Shown one piece after another: positions 24,501-35,381 of a stretch of DNA of 64,000 nt; positions within the stretch are counted from its first letter, which is position 1, and every line of letters begins with the position of its first letter. This DNA comes from a virus, in the IMG/VR virus record IMGVR_UViG_3300027969_000045, one strand, 5' to 3'. Below the pieces are notes generated by a model that made no database searches, was not told the DNA's origin, and saw only the letters and a list, made by a program, of their open reading frames with translations. Made by a program: the position numbers and the translations under genes.

Positions 24501-27500
24501 TATTAACAAAAAATACATCAATTTAGAATCATTGGGAATTGGAACTCATACTTTTGCATATCCTCCAATTCAAATTCAAATTGAAACGACATCTGCTATA
24601 GGATCTAGTTCTATTGTTACACCTATTTTGACTCCAGTAGTTCTTGGATCTGCTGAAAATGTTTATATTGAAGATGGTGGAGTTTCTTATGGATGCTCTG
24701 ATATTCTTAATTATCATAGAAGACCTTATGTTGGACTATCTTCAATTTCTTCTGCGTTATTAAAACCAGTAATAATAAATGGTGCTATTACTGATGTTCA
24801 AATCATCTATGGTGGTTTTGGGTATGACAATGGAACTAAAATAGAAATTTATGGTGATGGTAAATATGCAGATCTAAAACCAATCATTACAAATGGAAGT
24901 ATAACCTCATTTATTGTTGTTGATAGTGGAGTTGGATATTCATCTTCAAATACTACTTTAAATGCAATAAGAAGAGGAAAAGATTTACAATTTATTGCAA
25001 ATGTTTTTGAATGGAAAATTAATCAAATTGAAAGAAATAAAAATTTAATTTCATATTATTCAGGAGACGATGAAACTATAACTTATCCTAACATAGATCA
25101 AAATCTTGAATTGGGAGTAATTAATTTTTATCTACCGAGACAATTAAGAAAAAATATCAATGATAATATTCAAGACAATAATCAGGAAATATTAAACGAT
25201 TTTAAACATTCGCCAATTATTGGATGGGCATATGACGGAAATCCAATATATGGACCCTATGGTTATACAAGTCTTACAGATAAAACTGTAAAGATTATTT
25301 CCACAAGTTATAATAAAAAATCAATATCTTCATCTTTACTTAGACCATCTTCTTTTGTGAATGGATTTTTTGTGCAAGATTATCAATATAATGCATCTGA
25401 AGATTTAGATGAATATAATGGAAGATTTTGCATAACACCAGAATATCCATATGGAACATATGCTTATTTTGCAACATATGATTTGATTAGTGGGCAATTA
25501 TATCCAAAATATCCATATATTGTTTCTGATTATTTCAAAGACACTCCCATTTTTGAAAATTTTGATCCAAGTTTCACTCAAGATGTAAATATTTCAAAAT
25601 ATAATTTGACAAGAAATATTGGAAATTATTTTCTAGATTCAACAAATTCTGGATATGAAATTTTAGAAAAAACTTCCCCATCTTTAAAGCAAGAATTCTA
25701 TGTAAATCAAATTAAAAAATCTGGAATATCTTCAATTTTTATAGATTCTTCTGGTGATGGATATAATGTGGGCGATCTGATTAATTTTAATAAAGCACAA
25801 GAAGGAACAGGAATTAGTGCTGAAATTAGTAGATTAAAAGGAAAACCAATATCAAATATGGTAGTTGGTGTGACTACATTTTCTGATGTTATTTTTGGTT
25901 CAAGAGGGAATATTATTATTGGTATTACTTCTTATCCTCATTCATTATTGAATGGTGATAAAGTTGTCATTTCTGGCGTATCAACAGTTTCTTTATCACA
26001 ATTAGAAGGCACAAAAACTATATTTGTAACTCAAAAAACAACTGGATTAACAACTAGTCTTCAAAATTCTTCCACTACTGGTCTTTCTACTAATATAAAA
26101 GTAACTGATACGTTTGGATTTGAAATTAACGATTCCATTGGAATTGGAACCGAAACAATGACTATCACCGGAATAGTTCCAGAAACTTCACAACTATTAG
26201 TGAATAGGTCTGCTTCTGGTGGAATTCATACCGCAGGAATTGAAAATGTTATATTACTATCAAATAAATTTCAGTTTGCAGAAACAGACCCAATTCCAAC
26301 AGCACTTCCTGAAAATAAAATGATTTATTTTGATCCAACCAATACTATTGGATTTGGATTATCGGGAACTAATTATGCTGTTGTTGGTATCGGCACTAGT
26401 ACTATAGTTAATAGATTTGTTCCAACAAAATCAATCTATATTCCAAATCATAAGTTTTATACTGGTCAGCAATTAATTTATAATTATTCTGCTGGTATCG
26501 GATTGAGCGTTTATGATTCTCCATCCAATGTATTCAGTTTAGTACAAAATCAAACAATCTATGCTGTAAATTATGGAAATGATTATCTTGGAATTTCAAC
26601 AATTGGATTTACATCTTCGGTTGGAATTGGAACAACTTTAAATTCATTACTATTTGCATATAATTCAGCTGTCGGATATTCGCATTCAATAAGATCTACA
26701 TATCAAACTGTAACTGCAAGGGTTGAAAGTTATTCGGGAATTGTAACAACTTCGCAAAATCATAATCTTCTTGATGGGGATAAAATTAAATTTACAATTA
26801 TACCTTCAAGATCAGAAAATATATCATTTAGATTTGATACAAAAAATAGAAAAATTACAACAAATTTAATAGGTTTTTCTGCAAGTTCAGTATCTTTTGG
26901 CAATACTTCTACAATCAATTTAGGGACAAATAATCTTAAAAGTGGCGATAAAATAATTTATTATTCTGGCACTTCACCTATTGGTGGATTAATAGATAAT
27001 TCGATATATTATGTCCTAAAACAAAATCCAGATAAAATACAACTTTGCCAATATGCATATGATGTAAAAGTTGGTGTTGCATTGTCATTTACAAATTCTG
27101 GAGTTGGTAATCACAATATTGCACTTATAAATCCACCATTATTATTTTCAAAAGGAAATCAAATAATATTTGATATTTCCGATTCATCATTAGAAAATAC
27201 TAGATTAGAATTTTATATAGATCCCACATATACAAAGAAATTTGAAATTGACAAAAAAGAAATTAATAATCTTGCAATTACAAGATCGGATAGTTCTGTA
27301 ATTATAGAAACTAATAATAGAAATATTCCACCAGTTTTATATTATAATTTTGTTTCAACATCGTTGACCGATTTAGAAAAACTTCAATTATCTTCCGATG
27401 ATGAAGTTATTGGACATAATAAAATTGATATTCGTTCTAGTATTCTTTCTTCCGAACAATCTATCATTGGAATTGGAGTATCTGCGTTTAAATTCAATTT

Positions 27501-30500
27501 AGACCAAAAACCAGAATATACAGCATACACACAAGTATTGGGAATTTCTTCTGTGTTTTATGATACCAATTCTAAAAATACATCTGGACCAATATCACAA
27601 ATAAGAATAAATTCATACGGAAAATCATATGGTGTTTTACCATCAATAAGTTCTATTGGAAGTACTTCTGGAAGTGGTGCTATTTTATATCCTATTTCAA
27701 AAGAAATAGGAAAAGTATTATCATTTGATAGAGTTAAAGACGGATTTGATTACCCAACGGATCCAACAATGCTCCCTCAATTGAGTGTTCCTGCTGTTTG
27801 TATTATTAAAGAAATATCCAGAGTAGATTCGGTTGGCATTTTGACGGGTGGAAAAAAATATAATACTCCACCAAGATTAAAAGTAATTGGAAGTGATGAA
27901 ATAAAATTAATAGCAGGAATTCAAGGTGGATCTGTGAATAATGTATCAATATATACGAATTCATCCAATTTAAAAGATCCCCTTAGAATTGTGCCTTATA
28001 ATAATTCAAATGGATATGAAATTGATAATATATACGCAAATGAATTAACTGGTCTTGGTACAATCGAATTAGTTGATGATCCAACACAATTTCCATACAT
28101 TTCAACTGGATATGGTTCATCTATTTCTATTTTCCCATTTAAAGTGGGGGATCAAATATTCATAGAAAAATGTAGATTATCTGTCGGAACTGCAAGTTCT
28201 GCAAATTACAACTCAAGAAATTATGGTTATAATTTTTTCACGGTAACTGGAATCAATACTACAAATAAAACTTTAAATTATAGTATGGTTGGTTTGCAGA
28301 CTGGAAAGTTTGGTACATATAACCAAGATTTGACTCTTGGTTATGTTGTAAACAGAAAAGATATGCCAGAATTTGAAATGAAATTAATTGATGATGCCGA
28401 ATATTTTTCTGGGGAAAAAGTTTCATCTACTAATTTTTCAGCTAAAGTAATGGAAAATGGTTGGGATAATGATATTAATCAATTGAGAATGATAGATGTG
28501 AAAGGAACATTAAATACTGGCGATAAACTTTATGGTGAAATTTCAAAATTAAATGGAGTTGTGAAATTTGTAAGTCAGTTTAACCTTCCTGCTTCAATTG
28601 GAGTCACAAGAGATAAGATCCACAATCTTAATGATAATGTTGGATATTTAAATGATTATCAGCAAAGAATATCCGATAATAATTATTATCAGAAGTTTTC
28701 ATATTCAATTAAAGGAGAAGTTCCATATTCAACTTGGAAAGAATCTGTTAAGTCTATCATTCATCCTTCTGGATTTAAAGAGTTTTCAGATTTAAATATA
28801 ATTGGGGTAGCTACTACCGAATCTGTAAATCTTGGTATTGCAAAATCTACCAATATGAAAGTAAATATTTCATCATCAGAACCATCATTACTTGTAGAAA
28901 TTGATAGTACAAGTTCTCTTTATACAAAAAATAATTTTTCAATGGTTTATGAAGATGATGTATTGGATGATGGTTCAGTGGAAAGAGTATATTTCCCACA
29001 AGGAATTGCACTAAAAACATATATTTTAAATAAAACTAATAAAGTATTACAAATTGATGATATCAGTTCTCAATTTACTGGAATTACAAGTACAATTGGA
29101 GGTTCAATTGTAGGTCTTTCATCATTCAAACTTGCATCTTCTGGTTATCCACTATTTTATAGAGAATTTGTTGGTTCTGCAACTACAGTTGTGGATTTAA
29201 CAAATGACAAATTCATCATTCCAAATCATGGATTCCAATCTGGTCAACAAATTGTTTATAATTCTGGAGTTGGAAGTACGATTGGAATTGCTACAACATC
29301 ATATGCCCAAGGACAATTGGATGTAATAATGGCAGTTGGTGCAGGAATTGGAAGTGCAATATTCGAAAATGGGTATAACAAATATGTTCCATATAGTGGA
29401 ATTGTTACTGGAATTAGTACAACATTAGTACCTGCTGGTCCATCTATTCAATATTTTGGTTTTGGTGCTCCTATTCCATCAACAGTAAATACTGGAATTG
29501 GAACTGGAGCATTATTCCAAGTATTAATTAATTATAATGCTGGAACTGGAATTCCCATTGGAACATCAATTCAGTTAGTTGATGGTGGAAGAGGATATTC
29601 TGTTGGACAGCAAATTTCTATTGCAGGCACATATATTGGCGGATCTACTCCTACTAATAACTTATATTTCACAGTATCTAAAGTTTCTTCAACTAGAACT
29701 GGAACTGCCAATGCTTCTTATGTAAGTGTTGCTTCATCTTCTTCTGGAATTGGAACTGGAGCACTATTTAATGTTTATAGGGATTCAAACAAAGATATTA
29801 GTTTAGTAACTGTAATTGAAGGTGGTACTGGATATGCTTCTACAGATCAAATTATCATTTCTGGTGGAAATATTGGTGGATCTACTCCAGCAGATAATCT
29901 TTACTTATCCCCAACAATATTGGGAACAAAAAAATTACCAACAAATCTTTTTGTTCGTAGGATAGACGTAAATAGTTTTCAACTTTCTGGTTTATCTACA
30001 ACAATTTCATCTCCATTTAATTTAATTTCGCTTGGATCTGGAACACAATCATTCAGTCTACAAGAATCAAATCAAAATGTAATTGTTTCTATAGATAATA
30101 TCATCCAAAGTGCAATTCATAGAAAAAATATTACAATAGGTCTTTCTTCATCTATTGGAATTGGTTCTACATCAATATATGTTTCTTCTGGAATCAATTC
30201 AATAACAGCAAGTGACATATTAAAAATTGATAATGAATACCTAAAAATTAATTCTATCGGAATTGGATCCACGAATAGTATTAGTGTTAGTCGTTCATTT
30301 ATGGGTTCAGTTGCATCTGCACATACTATAGGTGCGGCAGTTACAGTATATACTGGAGATTTTAATATTGTGAGAGATTCGATCTATTTCTCTACCCCAC
30401 CATATGGACCAGCAATAGCATCAACTGATCCACAATTTGCATCTTCTTCATCATTTAATGGAAGAGTATTCTCAAGAGCATATGATTCATCACAACCAAA

Positions 30501-33500
30501 TGATGTAAATTTAATTTTAGATGATATCTCAACAGATTTCACTGGAATTGCTGCAACTCAATTTGGATTAAAATCTAATGGAAATTCTGTTGTGGGTCTT
30601 TATACAAATACAAATAATAGCACTGATATCAATAATAATCCAATTATTCTTATAAACAATGTGTTCCAAGTTCCAGGAGTAGATTATTCAATTGATACTA
30701 CCGGAACTAACACAATTAAATTCTTATCTGGAATTCCAAATGCCGGAAAAATTGTTAATGTTGCAATCACAACTGGTTATGGATACCAACCACTCCTAGG
30801 TGCATCTGCAACAGCATCTGTTTCTGCTGGTGGAACTATAAACGCAATTACTATAAATGGTGCTGGAAGCGGTTATAGGACCTCCCCAAGCATTAGTATT
30901 GCATCCACTGTGGGATCTGGGGTTTCAATTACTTCAACTATTGGTGCAGGAGGAACAATATCAAATATTAATATTATTAATGGAGGTATTGGATATACAT
31001 CAACATCTCCAATTTATGTAAATATAGATCTTCCTCTTGCGTATAGCAATCTTGGAATTGCTTATACTAATGGTTCGAGTGGATCTGGAATTAATGCAAA
31101 GGTTTCCGTTCAAGTTGGATCTGGTTCTAGTATTATTCAATTTAATTTAGATAATCCTGGAACTGCATATAAAGTTGGGGATATTCTTAAAGTAGTAGGA
31201 TTAACGACAAATCCAAATGCTGGAGTATCATTTAAAGAATTTAAAATTACAGTGACAGAAGTTTTGAATGATAAATTTAGTGGTTTTTATCCAGGACAAT
31301 TTATTTTCTTTGATGATTTTTCACAATATTTCAATGATTCTCGTAAGAAATTTACTTTAACCCAAACAAAACTCGATGGAACTATAGAGATAGTAGATCT
31401 CAAGAAAATGCCTGGTTCTGATTTGAATCTTCAAAATAATTTATTTGTATATTTAAATGATATACTTCAAGAACCAAATTATTCTTACACATTTACTGGA
31501 ACAAGAATTGTATTCAACGAAGCACCAAAAATAAATTCAAAATGTTCTGTTTTATTTTATAGAGGTTCTTCACTTGATGTCGAAACAATTACTCCTCCAA
31601 AAACAATTAAAGAAGGAGATACAATTACAATTGGAGAAAATATTTACGATAATTTAGACAGAGAACAATTTGAAAGAGTAGTCAAGCAAATAGTATCTTC
31701 CGATCAACTTGATACTTACAATTATGATAGCATTGGAATCAACACAGATCCCAATAATCTTAGACCTTTAAAATGGTCCAAGCAAACTCAAGATAGAATC
31801 ATCAAAGGTTCTTTAGTATCAAAAGCAAGACCAAGTTTAATATCAACAATTAGACCAACAACTAGAATTATTAATCAAGTGAATTCTACTGACTCATCAA
31901 TATATGTAAATAATGCTTATCCTCTATTCACTGATGTTGATAACCTTTCGGAAGAAGATAGAAGTATATTAATAATTGAAAATAAAGATACATCATCATC
32001 AATATCAACAGCAGTCGTTTCAGTTTCCAGTACAATTTCTTCGATTGACGTAACAGATGGTGGTATAGGATATGCTGCTACAACTTCACCAAAAGTTTCA
32101 ATATCTACGGTTTCGGTTCAAAGTAAAGATCCAATTTTGAATTGGACAATAACTAGTGGATTATCCACTACTGCATCATTTTTGTCTGTAGTTGTTTCAA
32201 ATCCAATTGTAGCAGTTGGAAGTTTTGGAGTTGTTGCTATTACAACTGATGCCAAAACATTACAATCATTGACTAATATCGGATATGCAAAAACAATAAC
32301 ATTTAATTCTATTGGTATTGGATCTACAAATAAGTATATTGCTGTTGGTCAAGGTGGAAAAATTGTATCCGCAATTGGATTTGGAACCACAATATCTTCT
32401 TGGACTGAAATTAATAAGTATGAGGAAACTTCTGTATTTGGAATTGTAACTAGATCTGCAAGTACATACATATCATCTTTATCTGATATCAAATATTCTC
32501 AAACTTTAGATAAATGGTTTTCTGTTGGTTATTCTGGAGCAATTTTTTCTGCAATTGGTGTAGGTAGTACTTCATTTGTAAAAATTCCTTCAAATACTTC
32601 AGAGAATTTGAATTCAATCGCATTTGGTAATATTATTGTTGCTGTTGGAAATAATGGCGCAATTATCACTTCTGGAATTGGAACTTTCTGGAGTTCCAAT
32701 AATGTGACATCGCAAAATTTAAATAAAATAATTTGGACTGGAACAAGGTTTGTAGTGGTTGGCAACAATAATACAATACTTATTTCTTATGATGGTAATA
32801 GCTGGAATGCTATAACACCAAATATTGCAGGTTCTTTTACAAATATTCATTATAATAGTTCATATGATTTATACACACTATTAGATTCTAGTGGAATTTT
32901 ATATTATTCTAAAGATCTTCAAAATTGGATTCAAAGATCATCAAATCAATCAAAAATATTAAAATCCATTGATTATTCTTCAAATTTAGATAGATATATT
33001 TCTGTTGGAATTGGTGCTACGATGGTTTATTGCGATTCAGTTTATAATTTTGCCACAGCAACTTCAAATACAACATCTGGAATAATAACTTCAATTACTA
33101 TAATAAATCCTGGATTTGGTTATAATCCAAATAATGTGCCAAAAGTATTAATTGAACCAGAAAAAACAAAAATTGAAGAGATAGTATCAATTAAAGCGAG
33201 GGGTGATTTTGGAATTATTGTAGGAATTGATACAAGTGTTGGAACTGGTTCTACTATTCCCAAAATTAAATTCAATTTAAAATCTGAAAATTATGATAAT
33301 AGTACTTTGGGTATTGGATATTCTTCTCTAAATGCATATGGAGTGACAATTAGTGGCATTTCAATTGGAGATTATTTTGTAATTTATAATAGTAATGTCC
33401 AATGCGGACATGCTTTAACTGGAATTACTACAAGTTCTACTCCTTGGGTAGTTGTTGGAACTGCTAATACATTTATTGATGGTGTTTATCGTGCAGAAAA

Positions 33501-33768
33501 TGTAGAATCATCTGGAGTTGGAATTGTCACAGTAACTTGTAGTTTTAATCCTGGACCTGGATTGACCAATTCAATTAATTTTGTAACAAATACACAATCA
33601 ATAACAAATGGATTCTATGGAAATTATAGTTGGGGCAAAATATATGATTATCAAAATAGAGCACTTGGTTCGCCAAAACAATTCACATTAAATTCAAATA
33701 ATGGTTTGATTGGACTCTCGACCTCTCCTGAAGTCACAAGAACTAGAGGATTATTTAAAAGTAAATAA
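21562..33768 (+). CDS. gp7: Giant baseplate wedge protein (gp7-like, 4068 aa)
   Basis: Lies between gp6 and gp8; KDFYKAKGT..SF..LF..LYG and YYQKFSYSIK...IIHPSGF gp7-type motifs; many inserted repeat domains. Confidence 0.8.
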   Translation: MSEIKRIKINHILDSQIPEFLNEESPLFQEFLTQYYISQEHQTGVVDLSTNLQKYKSIENFNQETLIDIQLPSVLLSNILSFDDVISVSHTIGYPDTYGLIKIDDEIITYTSKTSNSFLGCIRGFSGIDSLEKDNNPEFLNFSVTEASDHTQGSTLNNLSYIFFFEFFKKFKYQFLPGFEERNFTTGISLTNILSRAKDFYKAKGTDQSFKLLFSALYGKEVDVLKPQNYMLRPSDNNYLTTKNILVEKVSGGDPILLKGSTLNQYVSGIGTVSASIYNVEYRPIENKDLYEISLDSTSFTGNFETTGTTKVIEPTQSSASSITVDSTIGFAHSGALIARTTDLTTLNLRYTDKTNNQLLNISGLSTDLNFGNLIYEDKLAYSYIDTESSSLVEFRVINVIDNIDFENSSGLKKGDKISLSSFGANLFDNVNFNKWIYNIPTYHNIVGISTVSSNTYRVVLEDNIKFYKNDKIYITDSTDISATVTEIESDNQIIVDSDISVNTSNVIRIKKQVSKANSDYFGSASSINGLIQNTYIDKDEKYSYVASSGFPNYKFTSTDTKIIVSTVGTGQTSILYASNHNLLTGDKIYYNSSSSSGITTGYYFVKKIDENSISLSYSNTDLFVNKYISLNSGITSDYIYKFGYENKTIKDQKFLRKFNLQENINYFDKKEDRTTFNRRIGLLINGVDLYSPTLFDENIYYGKLDSILITNKGSNYDVINSPEIVIKDTNGNGGKARLILSGSLKEVKINSPGIGYDRKPKITLTGGNGNGAILESNLVKSRIIAKFRADLTAINTSLETITFIDNHNFDNYEEVTYYTNGNSNVPGLIDNANYFVNVINLKTIKLHKNRVDVLSGINTVNITGISSGFHEFRTLKSKNTITKVYVKNEGSNYSNRFVNVSSNLYPSLDYQTSGISTFDNYIYAKQHGFKDGDLVLYSNTNTSISGLSTNIQYCVTTIDENKFKLSDVGIGTTSSNSNYINKKYINLESLGIGTHTFAYPPIQIQIETTSAIGSSSIVTPILTPVVLGSAENVYIEDGGVSYGCSDILNYHRRPYVGLSSISSALLKPVIINGAITDVQIIYGGFGYDNGTKIEIYGDGKYADLKPIITNGSITSFIVVDSGVGYSSSNTTLNAIRRGKDLQFIANVFEWKINQIERNKNLISYYSGDDETITYPNIDQNLELGVINFYLPRQLRKNINDNIQDNNQEILNDFKHSPIIGWAYDGNPIYGPYGYTSLTDKTVKIISTSYNKKSISSSLLRPSSFVNGFFVQDYQYNASEDLDEYNGRFCITPEYPYGTYAYFATYDLISGQLYPKYPYIVSDYFKDTPIFENFDPSFTQDVNISKYNLTRNIGNYFLDSTNSGYEILEKTSPSLKQEFYVNQIKKSGISSIFIDSSGDGYNVGDLINFNKAQEGTGISAEISRLKGKPISNMVVGVTTFSDVIFGSRGNIIIGITSYPHSLLNGDKVVISGVSTVSLSQLEGTKTIFVTQKTTGLTTSLQNSSTTGLSTNIKVTDTFGFEINDSIGIGTETMTITGIVPETSQLLVNRSASGGIHTAGIENVILLSNKFQFAETDPIPTALPENKMIYFDPTNTIGFGLSGTNYAVVGIGTSTIVNRFVPTKSIYIPNHKFYTGQQLIYNYSAGIGLSVYDSPSNVFSLVQNQTIYAVNYGNDYLGISTIGFTSSVGIGTTLNSLLFAYNSAVGYSHSIRSTYQTVTARVESYSGIVTTSQNHNLLDGDKIKFTIIPSRSENISFRFDTKNRKITTNLIGFSASSVSFGNTSTINLGTNNLKSGDKIIYYSGTSPIGGLIDNSIYYVLKQNPDKIQLCQYAYDVKVGVALSFTNSGVGNHNIALINPPLLFSKGNQIIFDISDSSLENTRLEFYIDPTYTKKFEIDKKEINNLAITRSDSSVIIETNNRNIPPVLYYNFVSTSLTDLEKLQLSSDDEVIGHNKIDIRSSILSSEQSIIGIGVSAFKFNLDQKPEYTAYTQVLGISSVFYDTNSKNTSGPISQIRINSYGKSYGVLPSISSIGSTSGSGAILYPISKEIGKVLSFDRVKDGFDYPTDPTMLPQLSVPAVCIIKEISRVDSVGILTGGKKYNTPPRLKVIGSDEIKLIAGIQGGSVNNVSIYTNSSNLKDPLRIVPYNNSNGYEIDNIYANELTGLGTIELVDDPTQFPYISTGYGSSISIFPFKVGDQIFIEKCRLSVGTASSANYNSRNYGYNFFTVTGINTTNKTLNYSMVGLQTGKFGTYNQDLTLGYVVNRKDMPEFEMKLIDDAEYFSGEKVSSTNFSAKVMENGWDNDINQLRMIDVKGTLNTGDKLYGEISKLNGVVKFVSQFNLPASIGVTRDKIHNLNDNVGYLNDYQQRISDNNYYQKFSYSIKGEVPYSTWKESVKSIIHPSGFKEFSDLNIIGVATTESVNLGIAKSTNMKVNISSSEPSLLVEIDSTSSLYTKNNFSMVYEDDVLDDGSVERVYFPQGIALKTYILNKTNKVLQIDDISSQFTGITSTIGGSIVGLSSFKLASSGYPLFYREFVGSATTVVDLTNDKFIIPNHGFQSGQQIVYNSGVGSTIGIATTSYAQGQLDVIMAVGAGIGSAIFENGYNKYVPYSGIVTGISTTLVPAGPSIQYFGFGAPIPSTVNTGIGTGALFQVLINYNAGTGIPIGTSIQLVDGGRGYSVGQQISIAGTYIGGSTPTNNLYFTVSKVSSTRTGTANASYVSVASSSSGIGTGALFNVYRDSNKDISLVTVIEGGTGYASTDQIIISGGNIGGSTPADNLYLSPTILGTKKLPTNLFVRRIDVNSFQLSGLSTTISSPFNLISLGSGTQSFSLQESNQNVIVSIDNIIQSAIHRKNITIGLSSSIGIGSTSIYVSSGINSITASDILKIDNEYLKINSIGIGSTNSISVSRSFMGSVASAHTIGAAVTVYTGDFNIVRDSIYFSTPPYGPAIASTDPQFASSSSFNGRVFSRAYDSSQPNDVNLILDDISTDFTGIAATQFGLKSNGNSVVGLYTNTNNSTDINNNPIILINNVFQVPGVDYSIDTTGTNTIKFLSGIPNAGKIVNVAITTGYGYQPLLGASATASVSAGGTINAITINGAGSGYRTSPSISIASTVGSGVSITSTIGAGGTISNINIINGGIGYTSTSPIYVNIDLPLAYSNLGIAYTNGSSGSGINAKVSVQVGSGSSIIQFNLDNPGTAYKVGDILKVVGLTTNPNAGVSFKEFKITVTEVLNDKFSGFYPGQFIFFDDFSQYFNDSRKKFTLTQTKLDGTIEIVDLKKMPGSDLNLQNNLFVYLNDILQEPNYSYTFTGTRIVFNEAPKINSKCSVLFYRGSSLDVETITPPKTIKEGDTITIGENIYDNLDREQFERVVKQIVSSDQLDTYNYDSIGINTDPNNLRPLKWSKQTQDRIIKGSLVSKARPSLISTIRPTTRIINQVNSTDSSIYVNNAYPLFTDVDNLSEEDRSILIIENKDTSSSISTAVVSVSSTISSIDVTDGGIGYAATTSPKVSISTVSVQSKDPILNWTITSGLSTTASFLSVVVSNPIVAVGSFGVVAITTDAKTLQSLTNIGYAKTITFNSIGIGSTNKYIAVGQGGKIVSAIGFGTTISSWTEINKYEETSVFGIVTRSASTYISSLSDIKYSQTLDKWFSVGYSGAIFSAIGVGSTSFVKIPSNTSENLNSIAFGNIIVAVGNNGAIITSGIGTFWSSNNVTSQNLNKIIWTGTRFVVVGNNNTILISYDGNSWNAITPNIAGSFTNIHYNSSYDLYTLLDSSGILYYSKDLQNWIQRSSNQSKILKSIDYSSNLDRYISVGIGATMVYCDSVYNFATATSNTTSGIITSITIINPGFGYNPNNVPKVLIEPEKTKIEEIVSIKARGDFGIIVGIDTSVGTGSTIPKIKFNLKSENYDNSTLGIGYSSLNAYGVTISGISIGDYFVIYNSNVQCGHALTGITTSSTPWVVVGTANTFIDGVYRAENVESSGVGIVTVTCSFNPGPGLTNSINFVTNTQSITNGFYGNYSWGKIYDYQNRALGSPKQFTLNSNNGLIGLSTSPEVTRTRGLFKSK

Positions 33769-33791
33769 ATAAAGATAAACATTTAGTAAAA

Positions 33792-35375
33792 ATGCCTGCT
33801 ATTATATCTGACCAATTTAGAATATTAAATGCTGAAACTTTTGTGAAAAGTTTTATTGGGGTAGGTCAAACTTTAAATAAATATTATACTTTTATAGGTC
33901 AACCCAATTCTACAAATCCATTGGCTGGTGGTTCTTCTTCTTGGGGGACAGGACCATCCCCTCTAGATGGATTTAAAGAAGAAAATGATATTAAAGATAC
34001 TATAATTGCAATGAAGCAAATTACTACGGATGATGTTCGTAGAATGATCAGAAAAGTTTCTTGGACTGCAGGAACAACTTATGAAATGTATAAAAATAAT
34101 TATAGTATTTACAATTTAACTCCAGTAACTAATCAATCAAGTTTATATGAATCAAATTATTATGTAATAAATGAAGATTTGAGAGTTTATATTTGTATCC
34201 AAAACGGATCAAATCCAGAAAATCCAACAGGAAGATCATCATACGATCAACCAACTTTTATTGATTTAGAACCAAGAGCTGCGGGAACTAGCGGTGATGG
34301 TTATATTTGGAAATATCTTTATACTATTAAACCATCAGAAATTGTAAAATTTGATTCCATTGAATTTATTCCAGTTCCTGAAAATTGGGGAACATCTGGA
34401 GAAAGTATAGCAACTCAATCAAATGCTATAGATGGAAAAATTAATTCAGTAATAATCAACCAAAGGGGAGTTGGATACAATCCAACATCATCTACTTTTA
34501 CAAATATTCCAATTTTAGGTAATGGTAGTGGCGGAAAAGTTACAATAACAACAGATTCTTTTGGAAAAGTCTCTGAAGTTTATGTTACTGATGGTGGGCA
34601 AGGATATACTTATGGATCTATTCAATTTTATCCTGGAGCACCAGGAATAACATCATCATTGACTAATGTTGGTGTTGGAGCCACTTCTTTTGCCACATTT
34701 GATGTAATCATACCACCAAAAGGTGGTCACGGATATGATATTTACAGAGAACTTGGTGCATATCGTGTTCTTGTGTATTCTAGATATGAAACTTTAGAAT
34801 CAAACCCAGATATAATTACGGGAAATGATTTTTCAAGAGTTGGAATTATAAAAAATCCTTTGACACTTGGGAGCAACACACAACTTTTAAATACATCTTT
34901 AATAAGTGGTCTTAGTGCAATCAAATTTACTGGTTCCGCAACTACTGCTACTACTTATGCTGTAGATTCCGTCATTACTCAAACTGTTGGTGTTGGTTCT
35001 ACGGCAATTGGTTTTGTTGCATCTTGGGATAATGTTACTGGCGTTTTGAAATATTATCAACCAGTAGGATTATCTACAATTGGTGTTGGATATAAAATAA
35101 ATCAATTTACATCATCTCCATCTTCTGGTGGAAGTTTGCTTATAAATGGTTCCTCAATGAACGGCACATCACCGCTATCAATTGATAGTGGATTTAGTGG
35201 TGTATCTACAACAATATACAACAGAACATACCAATTGGGAATGACATTCAATGCAGGTATTGCATCTGCAGAATATAATAAAAGGTCCGGTGAGGTCATA
35301 TACATAGATAATAGATCAGCAATCCCGAGATCTTCCAGCCAAAAAGAAGATATTAAAATTGTATTGGAATTCTAA
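33792..35375 (+). CDS. gp8: Baseplate wedge subunit gp8
   Basis: RVYICI.NG, DGYIWKYLYTI, GEVIYIDNR..I.R...QKEDIKIVLEF. Confidence 0.93.
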   Translation: MPAIISDQFRILNAETFVKSFIGVGQTLNKYYTFIGQPNSTNPLAGGSSSWGTGPSPLDGFKEENDIKDTIIAMKQITTDDVRRMIRKVSWTAGTTYEMYKNNYSIYNLTPVTNQSSLYESNYYVINEDLRVYICIQNGSNPENPTGRSSYDQPTFIDLEPRAAGTSGDGYIWKYLYTIKPSEIVKFDSIEFIPVPENWGTSGESIATQSNAIDGKINSVIINQRGVGYNPTSSTFTNIPILGNGSGGKVTITTDSFGKVSEVYVTDGGQGYTYGSIQFYPGAPGITSSLTNVGVGATSFATFDVIIPPKGGHGYDIYRELGAYRVLVYSRYETLESNPDIITGNDFSRVGIIKNPLTLGSNTQLLNTSLISGLSAIKFTGSATTATTYAVDSVITQTVGVGSTAIGFVASWDNVTGVLKYYQPVGLSTIGVGYKINQFTSSPSSGGSLLINGSSMNGTSPLSIDSGFSGVSTTIYNRTYQLGMTFNAGIASAEYNKRSGEVIYIDNRSAIPRSSSQKEDIKIVLEF

Positions 35376-35381
35376 AAGAAA

